Source: Syntrophorhabdaceae bacterium (GTDB taxonomy: Bacteria > Desulfobacterota > Syntrophorhabdia > Syntrophorhabdales > Syntrophorhabdaceae). Taken from it: DNA of 64,000 nucleotides. The notes below the pieces were generated by a model. That model was not told where the DNA came from and did no database searches. It saw nothing but the letters and a program-made list of their open reading frames with translations. This document shows positions 39,440-48,677 of this stretch, one piece after another (the stretch's first letter is position 1; every line of letters starts with the position of its first letter). The stretch spans positions 3,072,001 through 3,136,000 of the forward strand of contig OY762209.1 of NCBI GenBank assembly GCA_963665295.1, given 5' to 3'. Position numbers and translations under genes: made by a program.

Positions 39440-40963
39440 ATGAAGATAGACCTGGAGAAGTGCAAGGGTTGTGGGCTCTGCGAGGAAGTCTGCCCCCTGG
39501 GGGTGATTACCGTGGAAGGGCGCAAAGTGCAGATAGGCGAAGGATGCGTTGACTGCAAATCGTGCACGAAGGTATGTCCCCAGGGCGTTCTGACACCCGA
39601 AGCACCGGACAAACGGACCTCCTGTGACGCCTGTCCCATCATGTGCGCCATTCCGGAAGGATTTTATGGGGCTTGCCTTCGCTATTTCAACGAGGGCGGG
39701 CAGATAAAGAGAAAAGGAAGGATTCACACCTATGAGGAGGTCGAAAACCTCATGAGGTCGGAGGGTGATAAAACGATAGGAAGGCCGCTTATCACCGGTA
39801 TCGGTTCAGGTACTACCTATCCTGACTTCAGGCCCTCGCCGTTCATCGTGAGGGGTGTCCGGGACGGAATAGATATCGTGACGGTAGTGACCGAGGCGCC
39901 TCTCAGTTACAGCGGGGTGAAGATGAAGGTGGATACGGACCTTTACCTTGGGGAGGAGGGCAGGAAGGTCTTTGTACGAAAGAAGGGGAAGAGACATATC
40001 GGTCATTTGTGCACCGAGGAATATGGCTCAAAGATGCTTTCCATGGGGGGTGTCAATATCCTTACCTCCAAAGACGGCATGTTCGCGGCAAAGGTCCTCT
40101 TCGATTTTTTGAAGGGCAAGAAGATCAAGGTTGAAATCGAGGACGGCCCCACCCTTGAATTGTCCCTCGGAAAAGCGCCGAAAGTCAACGGAGTATCGGA
40201 AGAGCATATGAGGGTGGGGTGCGGCAGCGCGGTTTCAGGCCTCTTTGCCCCCTACATGATGAAGGCGGCGGACGAGGTGATCGTCCTTGACGGTCATATC
40301 ACCGGATTGTTCAGCGAGCACCCTTCGGGGAGGTATCTCAGGAAGACCCGGTCGGCCGTTTCCATCAAAGGCCGGAAGAGTACGGAGGGCAGATATTTTC
40401 TGGACAAGGGTACGGGATGGGGCGGCACCAATATAGAGGAGCCCCTCGACGTGGTCGGAGAAATCGACCCTGCCCGGTGTGCCGAGGGCATGACCCTCCT
40501 TATTACGGAGACCACGGGACGGAAGGCGGCATTCTTCAGGCTGAAGGACGGGCAATTTGTTGAAGATCAGCCCACTCCGGCGGCGACGGAGTTTCTCCTG
40601 ACCCTTAGAGACTCCTGTGAGGACTCGAAGGTGAGCGCCGTATTTGCGGCAGGTGTCGGCGGCTCTGCAAGGGCGGGGGTGACCAGGAACCCGGTGAAGC
40701 TTACGCGGGCGGTCCACGCCGGGAAGGTGTCCATCTCCATAGGCGGGGCGAAACCCTTCATCTTTCCAGGTGGCGGGATCAATTTTCTCGTGGACCTGGA
40801 AAAAGTGAAATATGGCAGCATCTACCTTTCGCCGACCCCCTCCTTCATTATCCCGGTAGAATATACGATGACTCTCGAAACCTTCGAGGAAATAGGGGGA
40901 CACTTGGACGCCCTCAGACCTTTGGAGGAGGTGTTGAAACCGGATGCTTCCGAGGGAGAGTAA
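39440..40963 (+). CDS. hnr: 6-hydroxynicotinate reductase
   Basis: Two CxxCxxCxxxCP motifs, CDACPIMC...GAC, VTVVTEAPLSYSG, TEEYGSKM, MR.GCGSA, GGSAR, PGGGINF.VD, PVEYTM, GGH. Confidence 0.92.
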   Translation: MKIDLEKCKGCGLCEEVCPLGVITVEGRKVQIGEGCVDCKSCTKVCPQGVLTPEAPDKRTSCDACPIMCAIPEGFYGACLRYFNEGGQIKRKGRIHTYEEVENLMRSEGDKTIGRPLITGIGSGTTYPDFRPSPFIVRGVRDGIDIVTVVTEAPLSYSGVKMKVDTDLYLGEEGRKVFVRKKGKRHIGHLCTEEYGSKMLSMGGVNILTSKDGMFAAKVLFDFLKGKKIKVEIEDGPTLELSLGKAPKVNGVSEEHMRVGCGSAVSGLFAPYMMKAADEVIVLDGHITGLFSEHPSGRYLRKTRSAVSIKGRKSTEGRYFLDKGTGWGGTNIEEPLDVVGEIDPARCAEGMTLLITETTGRKAAFFRLKDGQFVEDQPTPAATEFLLTLRDSCEDSKVSAVFAAGVGGSARAGVTRNPVKLTRAVHAGKVSISIGGAKPFIFPGGGINFLVDLEKVKYGSIYLSPTPSFIIPVEYTMTLETFEEIGGHLDALRPLEEVLKPDASEGE

Positions 40964-40986
40964 TACCCGCCCCGCGGGTCCGGAGC

Positions 40987-41925
40987 GTGAGGGCGGGAAG
41001 GGAAGCCGGCAAGCCCACGGGCATTTGCGCCCCTATCCGGTCTTGTCCTCCAAGGCGGTTCGCCGTGCTGATTGAGGTCGGTCCGGCTAGCATTGTGGTG
41101 ACAGGATACAGGGACGGGAAGCCCCTGGAGTTCAACAGGAAAGAGATAGAGGGCTGTCTTACCGGAGCGTTGACCGATGTGAGAGATTACCTCCCTGTGT
41201 TGAGGCAGAAGGGCTACAGGATCAAAAAGCCCTCATCCATGCCGGGAGTTGCCATGAGAATGGCCGAGGCAGTAAAGGCCGTAGACGAACTCACCCTGAC
41301 GCCCATGGCGGCAGTGGCAGGGGCCGTGGCCGACGTTGTGAAGGAACGGTTGAAGGAGGGCGCTGATTTTATTTCAGTCAACAACGGCGGCGACATATCG
41401 GTCTTCAACTGCTCGGGCAGAACGCTGCGAATAGGCATCGGCGATATAGGAAGGGCCGAGGCTGCCCCCCGCGTTTTGGGGATCAGGGGACTTATTGACT
41501 ATGGGCTGGCAACGAGCGGGTTCGGCGGGCGGAGTTTTACCCTGGGCCTGGCCGACACGGTAACTGTGGTCGCCCGAACGGGGGCGATTGCCGATGCGGC
41601 AGCCACCTTGATCTGTAATAAGACAAACGTCGAAACCGACCATGTGGTACGGAGGAAGGCGGGTGAGATAGACCCTTGCTCGGACATTGCCGATGAATGG
41701 GTTACGGTGCGAATAGGAGACCTGGATGACCGCCTTATAGAGGAGGCGCTTCAGAGGGGGCTCGCTTCGGCCCTGGCGTTGAAGGGGCGTAATCTCATCG
41801 TTGATGCCGTAATAACATTGAGGGGTCAATCGGTCGGCACCCTGGACGGAAGCGAAAACATATATATGGAGGGAGAGAATGGAGATAAGAAAGCTTGTTA
41901 CGATTGTGGAGGATATCTTCGCTGA
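40987..41925 (+). CDS. UPF0280 / ApbE-like protein (putative FAD:protein FMN transferase); start uncertain
   Basis: TPMAAVAGAVAD, NNGGDI, GLATSGFGGRSFTLGLAD.VTV, ADAAATLI.N. Confidence 0.82.
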   Translation: MRAGREAGKPTGICAPIRSCPPRRFAVLIEVGPASIVVTGYRDGKPLEFNRKEIEGCLTGALTDVRDYLPVLRQKGYRIKKPSSMPGVAMRMAEAVKAVDELTLTPMAAVAGAVADVVKERLKEGADFISVNNGGDISVFNCSGRTLRIGIGDIGRAEAAPRVLGIRGLIDYGLATSGFGGRSFTLGLADTVTVVARTGAIADAAATLICNKTNVETDHVVRRKAGEIDPCSDIADEWVTVRIGDLDDRLIEEALQRGLASALALKGRNLIVDAVITLRGQSVGTLDGSENIYMEGENGDKKACYDCGGYLR

Positions 41926-42454
41926 CGGCGAGAAGAAGATGGAACAGCCGGTGAGGAAGGTGGCAGCGATTGCGGTCATAAAGAACCCCTGTGCAGGTGA
42001 GTACCGGGAGGACCTTGCCGAGCTGACCGACAACGGGGACGAATTGGGAAAGATCCTGGGTGAAAGGGCAGTGGCGGCGCTGGGCGCGGGAAAGGCGGCG
42101 CAGAGCTATGGCAAGGCCGCGATAGTAGGGGAGAAAGGTGAGCTTGAACACGCGGCGGCGTTGCTCCATCCGAAACTTGGAACGCCCTTGAGAAATGCGG
42201 TGGGCGGCGGCAAGGCCATAATACCATCGGTCAAGAAGCTGGGAAGGATGGGGGACGAGATAGACATTCCCCTTCATTTCAAGGACGCTGCGTTCGTCCG
42301 TTCTCATTTTGACGGCATGACTGTATCCGTAAATGATGCGCCCAAATCGGACGAAATCCTCGTGGCGATCGCGGTGACCGATGGAGGGAGGCCTCATCCG
42401 AGAGTCGGGGGGCTGAAGAAGGATGAAGCTAAAGGAGAAGACGGCCTAAGATAA
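41879..42454 (+). CDS. AA_synth (DUF1185) family protein, function unknown
   Basis: IRK......E, AVIKNP.AG.Y, SYGKAAIVG..GELEH.AA..HP, D.PL.FK.AA..RSHFD, DAP..DEI, GRP.PRVGGL. Confidence 0.82.
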   Translation: MEIRKLVTIVEDIFADGEKKMEQPVRKVAAIAVIKNPCAGEYREDLAELTDNGDELGKILGERAVAALGAGKAAQSYGKAAIVGEKGELEHAAALLHPKLGTPLRNAVGGGKAIIPSVKKLGRMGDEIDIPLHFKDAAFVRSHFDGMTVSVNDAPKSDEILVAIAVTDGGRPHPRVGGLKKDEAKGEDGLR

Positions 42455-42614
42455 AGCCGGCGCTGGAAAGGGGGCTCGAAGGGGGCGCCACTAAGGGAAT
42501 GGGGCGGACGGTGCGTGCTCCCGCAGAATGAGCATGTCTTTTTAGCTTTACATCGGGACGTTTTTTTGTTACTTTTCCTAATTGTATGAATTCCCTTAAC
42601 AGTGTAAAGACCGT

Positions 42615-44888
42615 ATGACTTTTTCCTATTTCATTAAGAGCCTGTGTGTAATGTTCTGCGTACTTGCGTTCTCGATCTCTGCCGTTCAGGGGGCGGAAGG
42701 TCCTCCGACAATCGCGAAGATCGACATAACGGGAAACGAGAGCATCGACAAGGGGTTCATAATGAACGCCATAAAGACGAAAGAGAATAGTCCTTACGAC
42801 ATCGAGAAACTTCGTGAGGATATGAAAAGCATCTATAGAACGGGTTTTTTCAGCGATGTCCAGATTGACGAGAAGGATTCCGACAAGGGGAAGATTATCA
42901 CCTTCGTCGTAATAGAGAGGGCCCCTGTACGGGCCATTTATATATCCGGCAACAAGCAGATTAAGACGGCGGATATTCGGGAAAAGCTCAAGATCAGGAC
43001 CAATACGGTGCTCAATACCGAGAAGATCAAAGAGAGCATGGACGAGATCCGAAAGCTTTATGCCAGCAAGGGGTATTACGCGACCAAGGTGGGATACGAA
43101 ATATCCTACGAAGAAGGCTACCAGGCGACGGTCAAATTTCTCGTTGACGAGCCGGCAAGGGCGTACGTGCGTAAGATTACTTTTACGGGCTTGAAAGCGT
43201 TCAAGCCGGACAGACTGAAATCGTTTATGAAGACGAGAGAAAAAGGCATACTCTCCTGGGCTACCGGATCGGGCATTCTCGATGAAGAAGGCCTGGAGGA
43301 CGACAGGAAGCGGATAGAGGCATTCTACCATGACAACGGGTACGTCAAGGTCAAGGTGCGGGTGCCCGACGTCACCGTCTCGAAAGACGGGAAATCGCTC
43401 AGTGTCAACATACCGGTCGAAGAAGGCGATCTTTACAAGACGGGGACCATCAACTTTGCCGGCGACCTGCTGTACGACAATGAGACATTGACGAAAGACC
43501 TGAAGAGCAAATCCGGACAGACCTTCAGGGCGTCCTTATACCAGGATGATATTATCACCCTTACGGACCTCTATCAGGACAAGGGCTACGCCTTCTGCGA
43601 AGTCACACCCCTTACCATGATAAACGACGAGACGAAAACCGTGAACCTGACCTTTGAGTTCTCGAAGGGGCGGGAAATATACGTGAACAGGATCAACGTT
43701 TTTGGAAATGTGAGAACCAGGGATAAGGTGGTCAGAAGAGAGATGCGGCTCGCCGAAGGCGACCGGTTTTCTTCCTCGAAACTGAAGAGAAGTAAACAGT
43801 TCCTCGTAAACACGACCTATTTCAAGGACGTGGATATGAAGATCGTCAAAACCGATGAACCCGATAAGATCAATATCGATGTCAAGGTCGAGGAAAAACC
43901 TACCGGCAACATGAACATGGGCGTAGGGTACAGCACCGCTGAAAGCGTGATACTCACGGGATCGGTATCTCAGGAGAACCTTTTCGGCACGGGAAGAAAA
44001 GCCTTCCTTACGGCTTCCATAGGAGGGATCACGCAGCAGTTCAGACTTACTCTGGTGGATCCCTATATATTCGACAGGAACCTCTCTACCGCAATAAGCG
44101 CCGTCAATTTCAAAAGGATCATGGACCATTATGATTACAAACAGATGGGCGGCAGCCTGTTACTGATGAGGCCCATGACCGATTTCGTAAAGGCGGGTTT
44201 GAAGTACCGGTGGGAAAGCACGCAGGTAACGAACATCGACTTCTATGCAAGTGATACCATCAAACAGCAGGAAGGGACGAAGGTTACGAGCAGCGTCACG
44301 GCAAGTTTGATGAAGAACACCATAGACAATATTATGAATCCTACAAAGGGTGTAAGGTCGGAAATCGGATATGAACTGGCGGGGGGTCCTTTCCTCGGCG
44401 ACAACGAATTCCAGAAGGCGTCCGGTGTCTATGCGATGTACATTCCCGCAGGGTTCTGGGACAGCGTCTTTTTCGTGAGAGGCGTGGCAGGCATGTTGAG
44501 ACCTTATGGAGGAAAGCAACTGCCCATTTATGAGAAATTCTATGTGGGAAGTATAAATACGGTGAGGGGCTTCAAGTACGGTTACGCGGGACCGAGAGAT
44601 CAGAACGGAGACCCCGTGGGTGGTTCAAACCAGTTGTATTTCAACCTTGAATGGATCTTTCCCATCTATCAGCCCGCCGGTATCAAAGGTGTCCTGTTCT
44701 TCGATACAGGGCAGGCATTTGACGGCGGTAATGGCTGGGTGATGAGCGGCGCGAGAAAGACCGCGGGAGCGGGCCTGAGATGGTTCTCGCCTATGGGGCC
44801 TATCAGGATTGAGGTTGGGTTCAACCTTGCTCCAAAGGAAGACGAGAAAGGAAGTCAGTTTGATTTTACGATGGGCACGCAGTATTAA
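42615..44888 (+). CDS. bamA: Outer membrane protein assembly factor BamA
   Basis: Signal peptide, five POTRA repeats, VRGF, W.SPMGP motif. Confidence 0.96.
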   Translation: MTFSYFIKSLCVMFCVLAFSISAVQGAEGPPTIAKIDITGNESIDKGFIMNAIKTKENSPYDIEKLREDMKSIYRTGFFSDVQIDEKDSDKGKIITFVVIERAPVRAIYISGNKQIKTADIREKLKIRTNTVLNTEKIKESMDEIRKLYASKGYYATKVGYEISYEEGYQATVKFLVDEPARAYVRKITFTGLKAFKPDRLKSFMKTREKGILSWATGSGILDEEGLEDDRKRIEAFYHDNGYVKVKVRVPDVTVSKDGKSLSVNIPVEEGDLYKTGTINFAGDLLYDNETLTKDLKSKSGQTFRASLYQDDIITLTDLYQDKGYAFCEVTPLTMINDETKTVNLTFEFSKGREIYVNRINVFGNVRTRDKVVRREMRLAEGDRFSSSKLKRSKQFLVNTTYFKDVDMKIVKTDEPDKINIDVKVEEKPTGNMNMGVGYSTAESVILTGSVSQENLFGTGRKAFLTASIGGITQQFRLTLVDPYIFDRNLSTAISAVNFKRIMDHYDYKQMGGSLLLMRPMTDFVKAGLKYRWESTQVTNIDFYASDTIKQQEGTKVTSSVTASLMKNTIDNIMNPTKGVRSEIGYELAGGPFLGDNEFQKASGVYAMYIPAGFWDSVFFVRGVAGMLRPYGGKQLPIYEKFYVGSINTVRGFKYGYAGPRDQNGDPVGGSNQLYFNLEWIFPIYQPAGIKGVLFFDTGQAFDGGNGWVMSGARKTAGAGLRWFSPMGPIRIEVGFNLAPKEDEKGSQFDFTMGTQY

Positions 44889-44900
44889 ACAGGAGGAAAT

Positions 44901-45440
44901 ATGAAGAAGGTATATTTTTTGGTTGCGGCACTGATGTTTCTTCTGCCTTTGAAGGCGCTTTGTCAGACAACCGGCATTGTTTATGTCGATCTGCAGAGGG
45001 TTATGCTTGAATCTGAAAAGGGCAAGGAGGCGCGAAAGACGCTTACCGATGAAGCTGAAAGGCTGAAGAAAAGCCTCGACTCGAAGCAGGACGAATTGCA
45101 GAAGTTGAAAGACGCCATGGAGAAGCAGGGAGCCATGATAACACAGGATGCACGGGCCGAGAAGGATAAGCAGTATCAGGCCAAGCTGAAAGATTATCAG
45201 AGAGTCGCCAATGATTACCAGGGCGAGTTGCAGCAAAAGGATATGGAGCTTACACAAAAGATCCTGAAAGAGATAGAAGAGGTCGTAAAAGGTCTGGGCG
45301 ACAGAGAGAAATATGCCATGATCCTTGAAAAGAGTCAGGCAGGAGTGCTTTTCGGCAGCCCTTCCTTGGATATTACGGGCAAGGTGATAAGCGCCTATAA
45401 TGACGCCGCGAAGAGAAGACCAGCCGCTACAAAGAAATGA
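44901..45440 (+). CDS. skp: Periplasmic chaperone Skp/OmpH
   Basis: Signal peptide, VD.Q.V..ES..GK, coiled coil, DIT..VI; follows bamA. Confidence 0.92.
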   Translation: MKKVYFLVAALMFLLPLKALCQTTGIVYVDLQRVMLESEKGKEARKTLTDEAERLKKSLDSKQDELQKLKDAMEKQGAMITQDARAEKDKQYQAKLKDYQRVANDYQGELQQKDMELTQKILKEIEEVVKGLGDREKYAMILEKSQAGVLFGSPSLDITGKVISAYNDAAKRRPAATKK

Positions 45441-46465
45441 TCGCGCTGAAGGAGATTGCTGAACAGATAGGCGGGTCCCTTATAGGGGACGGCAATACAC
45501 TTATTTCAGGCATATCGAGTATCGAGGAAGCAAAGGAAGGTGAGGTGGCCGTACTTACCAATCCTTCTTTCAGAAAGCGCTTGTCGGGGTCCGGTGCATC
45601 AGCCTTTATTCTGGGCGAGGACTCGGATATGACTGATTTGAAAGAGAGAAACGTGGTACTGGTGAAGAACCCGTCCCATGCGTTTCTGAAAGTCGCCGGG
45701 CTTTTTGAGAGACCAAGAGAGGTGGCTAAAGGTATACATCCGTTGGCGTCCGTTTCGGAAGGGGCGTCCATCGCGGACGGCGCTTCCATTTCCGCATACG
45801 CATACATAGAGAAGGGCGCGGTTCTGGAGAAGAACGTGAGCATATACCCTTTTGTCTATGTCGGGGAGGGGGTAAGGATCGGAGAAGGAAGTACGATGTT
45901 TCCCCACGTGACCCTCTATAACGGTGTGGTGATCGGCAAAAGGGTTACTATCCATGGCGGGACTGTTGTTGGGGGCGACGGGTTCGGCTATGTGTGGGAC
46001 GGGAAAAGGCACGCGAAGATACCTCAACTTGGAATCGTAGAAATAGAAGACGACGTGGAAATAGGAGCAAATGTTACTATCGACAGGGCTTCCCTCGGGA
46101 AGACCCGGATAGGAAAAGGGGTCAGGATAGATAATCTCACCCAGGTGGCGCACAACGTGTCCATCGGGGAAAATTCCATTATTGTTGCCCAGGTGGGAAT
46201 TGCGGGAAGCGCGGTAATCGGCAGGAATGTGGTTATTGCGGGTCAGGCAGGGGTGAGGGACCACGCGGTTGTAGGAGATAATGTTAAGGCGGGCGGACAG
46301 ACGGGGATAACATGCGACGTCCCGGAAAACTCGCTGATCATGGGCACACCCCATATGCCACACAGGGAATGGGCAAGGCTCCAGGGTTACCTGAGAAGAC
46401 TGCCGAAATTATTCGAGACGGTGAGACGCATTGAGAGGAAGCTCCATCCGGAGGTTGAGAAATGA
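45437..46465 (+). CDS. lpxD: UDP-3-O-acylglucosamine N-acyltransferase
   Basis: Hexapeptide repeats, DGFGY, KIPQLG, EIGAN.TIDR, IDNL.Q.AHN. Confidence 0.96.
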   Translation: MIALKEIAEQIGGSLIGDGNTLISGISSIEEAKEGEVAVLTNPSFRKRLSGSGASAFILGEDSDMTDLKERNVVLVKNPSHAFLKVAGLFERPREVAKGIHPLASVSEGASIADGASISAYAYIEKGAVLEKNVSIYPFVYVGEGVRIGEGSTMFPHVTLYNGVVIGKRVTIHGGTVVGGDGFGYVWDGKRHAKIPQLGIVEIEDDVEIGANVTIDRASLGKTRIGKGVRIDNLTQVAHNVSIGENSIIVAQVGIAGSAVIGRNVVIAGQAGVRDHAVVGDNVKAGGQTGITCDVPENSLIMGTPHMPHREWARLQGYLRRLPKLFETVRRIERKLHPEVEK

Positions 46466-46890
46466 TAGAGATTAACGAAATATTGAAGCTTTTGCCCCAT
46501 GACTACCCCTTTCTGCTGGTAGACAGGGTTCTCGAATATGAAACAGAGAAAAGAATTGTGGCGATAAAGAACGTGACCTTTAACGAGCCTTTCTTTCAGG
46601 GGCACTTCCCTGGAAGACCTATAATGCCCGGCGTTCTCATTATCGAGGCAATGGCCCAGGCAGGTGGGGTTCTCGCTTTCAAGAGTTTCCCCGACAAGAC
46701 GGGCTCCGTCTTCTTCATCGGCATCGATAATTGCCGTTTTCGAAAACCTGTGGTGCCCGGCGATCAGGTGAAGCTCGTGGTGGAGGTAGTGAAACACAAG
46801 AGGGATATCTGGATCTTTGAGGGAAAGGCTACCGTCGAGGACGAGGTGGTGGCGGAGGCCAGGATTATGGCCATGTTGAAAAAGGAATAA
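46462..46890 (+). CDS. fabZ: 3-hydroxyacyl-ACP dehydratase
   Basis: [36 protein letters not shown]. Confidence 0.97.
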   Translation: MIEINEILKLLPHDYPFLLVDRVLEYETEKRIVAIKNVTFNEPFFQGHFPGRPIMPGVLIIEAMAQAGGVLAFKSFPDKTGSVFFIGIDNCRFRKPVVPGDQVKLVVEVVKHKRDIWIFEGKATVEDEVVAEARIMAMLKKE

Positions 46891-46986
46891 GGCGGAAAAC
46901 ATAGCGCCCCGGAGGAAACGCCCCCGGCTGTTTTTGCGGGGAAGGGGTATTAGGGACAGATGGATGATAGATAAGGAGAGATAACC

Positions 46987-47760
46987 TTGATAGATGCGAC
47001 AGCGATAGTTCATAAGAGCGCGGAAATTGATGAAAGCGTTTACGTGGGGCCCTATTGTGTAATCGAAGAGAACGTGCAAATAGGCAAAGGAACGAAGCTC
47101 GCCTCCCACGTGGTAATTCAGAAAGGTACGCGGATCGGGCAGAACTGTACTATCAGCCCTTTTGCGTCCTTGGGCGGACCTCCCCAGGACATATCTTACA
47201 AAGACGAAGAGACGACTCTGGTTATAGGCGACAACAACATGATAAAGGAATACGTGACCATGAACAGGGGCACCGAGCATGGCAGCGGTGTCACCACCGT
47301 GGGCAACAATAATTTTATCATGGCCTATGCACATGTTGCCCACGACTGCAAAGTGGGGAACAACATAATCATGGCGAACTGCGCTACCCTCGCGGGTCAT
47401 GTGGAGATCGATGATTTTGTCATCTTCGGCGGACTCTGCGCGGTGCATCAGTTTTGCAGAGTAGGCAAGTATGCTTTCATTAGCGGAGTTACCGGAGTGC
47501 CCAAGGACGTGCCTCCTTTTGTCATCGCCGCAGGGGACCGGGCAAAGCTGTACGGGTTGAATGTGGTAGGCCTTGAGCGCAGAGGTTTCAGCAAAGAGAA
47601 CATAACCCAGTTGAAAAGGGCCTACCGGATCATTTTCAGGTCCGCCCTGCCTCTCAGCACATCCCTCAAGATTATTGAGGAGGAGTTGTCCGAGGAGCAC
47701 GGGTACGTGAATGACCTTATTGAGTTCATCAGATCGTCGAAGAGGGGTATATGCCGCTAA
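46987..47760 (+). CDS. lpxA: UDP-N-acetylglucosamine O-acyltransferase
   Basis: PQD, RGT, HVAHDC, LAGHV, VHQF, DVPP, GLN.VGL.RRGF; TTG start after AAGGAG. Confidence 0.96.
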   Translation: MIDATAIVHKSAEIDESVYVGPYCVIEENVQIGKGTKLASHVVIQKGTRIGQNCTISPFASLGGPPQDISYKDEETTLVIGDNNMIKEYVTMNRGTEHGSGVTTVGNNNFIMAYAHVAHDCKVGNNIIMANCATLAGHVEIDDFVIFGGLCAVHQFCRVGKYAFISGVTGVPKDVPPFVIAAGDRAKLYGLNVVGLERRGFSKENITQLKRAYRIIFRSALPLSTSLKIIEEELSEEHGYVNDLIEFIRSSKRGICR

Positions 47761-48677
47761 GGATTGGTGTAGTAGGCGCCGGACACATGGGAAGGATTCA
47801 TCTCGAAAAGCTGAGCGCCATGGAAGGCGTCGAGGTTGCGGGGGTGATAGATGTCGACTGTAAAAGGACGGAGGGTCTTCCTTTTGGGGAGGGCATCCCT
47901 TGTTTTACCGATTACCGGGAGATAATCGGCCGAACTGACGGGATTGTCATCGCTACCCCGACCGAGTCCCACTATGAGATAGGAAAGGCCTTTCTGGAAA
48001 GCGGGTCACATGTTTTTATGGAAAAGCCCGTAACGTCAAACCCCCGGGAGGCACGCGAGTTGATCGACCTTGCAGAGAAGGCAGGGCGTGTGTTTCAGGT
48101 GGGTCACCTGGAGCGGTTCAACCCCGTCTTTGTAAGAGCCATGTCGGATATCCGAGAGGCACGATACATTGAAGCGCGAAGAGTGAGTCCCTTTACGGGC
48201 CGGTCCACGGATGTAAGCGTGGTTCTGGATATTATGATCCATGATCTCGACCTTGTCCTTTCCATCGTGAAGGACCGCGTAAAAGAGGTGAAGGCACAGG
48301 GTTTTTCTTTTGTGAGCGAGAAACCGGATATGGCAAACGCCTGGATCGAATTCGAAAATGGTTGCGTGGCCAACCTCACTGCGAGCCGGATTGCTTCCGG
48401 AAGAGAGAGATGTATCACTATTTTTGAAAAAGACCGGTATTTTGCCCTCGACCTCCTGAGCGGTATGCTGACGGTCGCGTCTCAGGATAAAGCAGACGGC
48501 ATAAAGACAGTCGAACACGAAACCGCGAAAGCGGATGCCGTAAAATTAGAACTCACTGAATTCATACAGTCTATCAAGGGCGAAACTAAGCCGAGCGTGA
48601 GAGGCGAGGATGGGTTGAGCGCCCTTGTACTTGCCGGCTTGATCGAACAGCACATTGCAGCGCGATCTTCCACCTAA
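47751..48677 (+). CDS. Gfo/Idh/MocA oxidoreductase, GnnA-like (UDP-GlcNAc 3-dehydrogenase candidate)
   Basis: GVVGAGHMG, EKP, GHLERFNP, R.TDV.VVLD.MIHDLD; located between lpxA and lpxB. Confidence 0.8.
   Translation: MPLRIGVVGAGHMGRIHLEKLSAMEGVEVAGVIDVDCKRTEGLPFGEGIPCFTDYREIIGRTDGIVIATPTESHYEIGKAFLESGSHVFMEKPVTSNPREARELIDLAEKAGRVFQVGHLERFNPVFVRAMSDIREARYIEARRVSPFTGRSTDVSVVLDIMIHDLDLVLSIVKDRVKEVKAQGFSFVSEKPDMANAWIEFENGCVANLTASRIASGRERCITIFEKDRYFALDLLSGMLTVASQDKADGIKTVEHETAKADAVKLELTEFIQSIKGETKPSVRGEDGLSALVLAGLIEQHIAARSST

Noticed and set aside
38150..39727. 525-aa and 400-aa minus-strand ORFs
   Set aside because: Antisense shadows of ena/hnr with no recognisable motifs; common in GC-rich coding DNA.
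34766..42454. Selenocysteine read-through in the Mo-hydroxylase cluster
   Set aside because: The ORFs appear full length with no internal TGA, and stops coincide with the expected C-termini.
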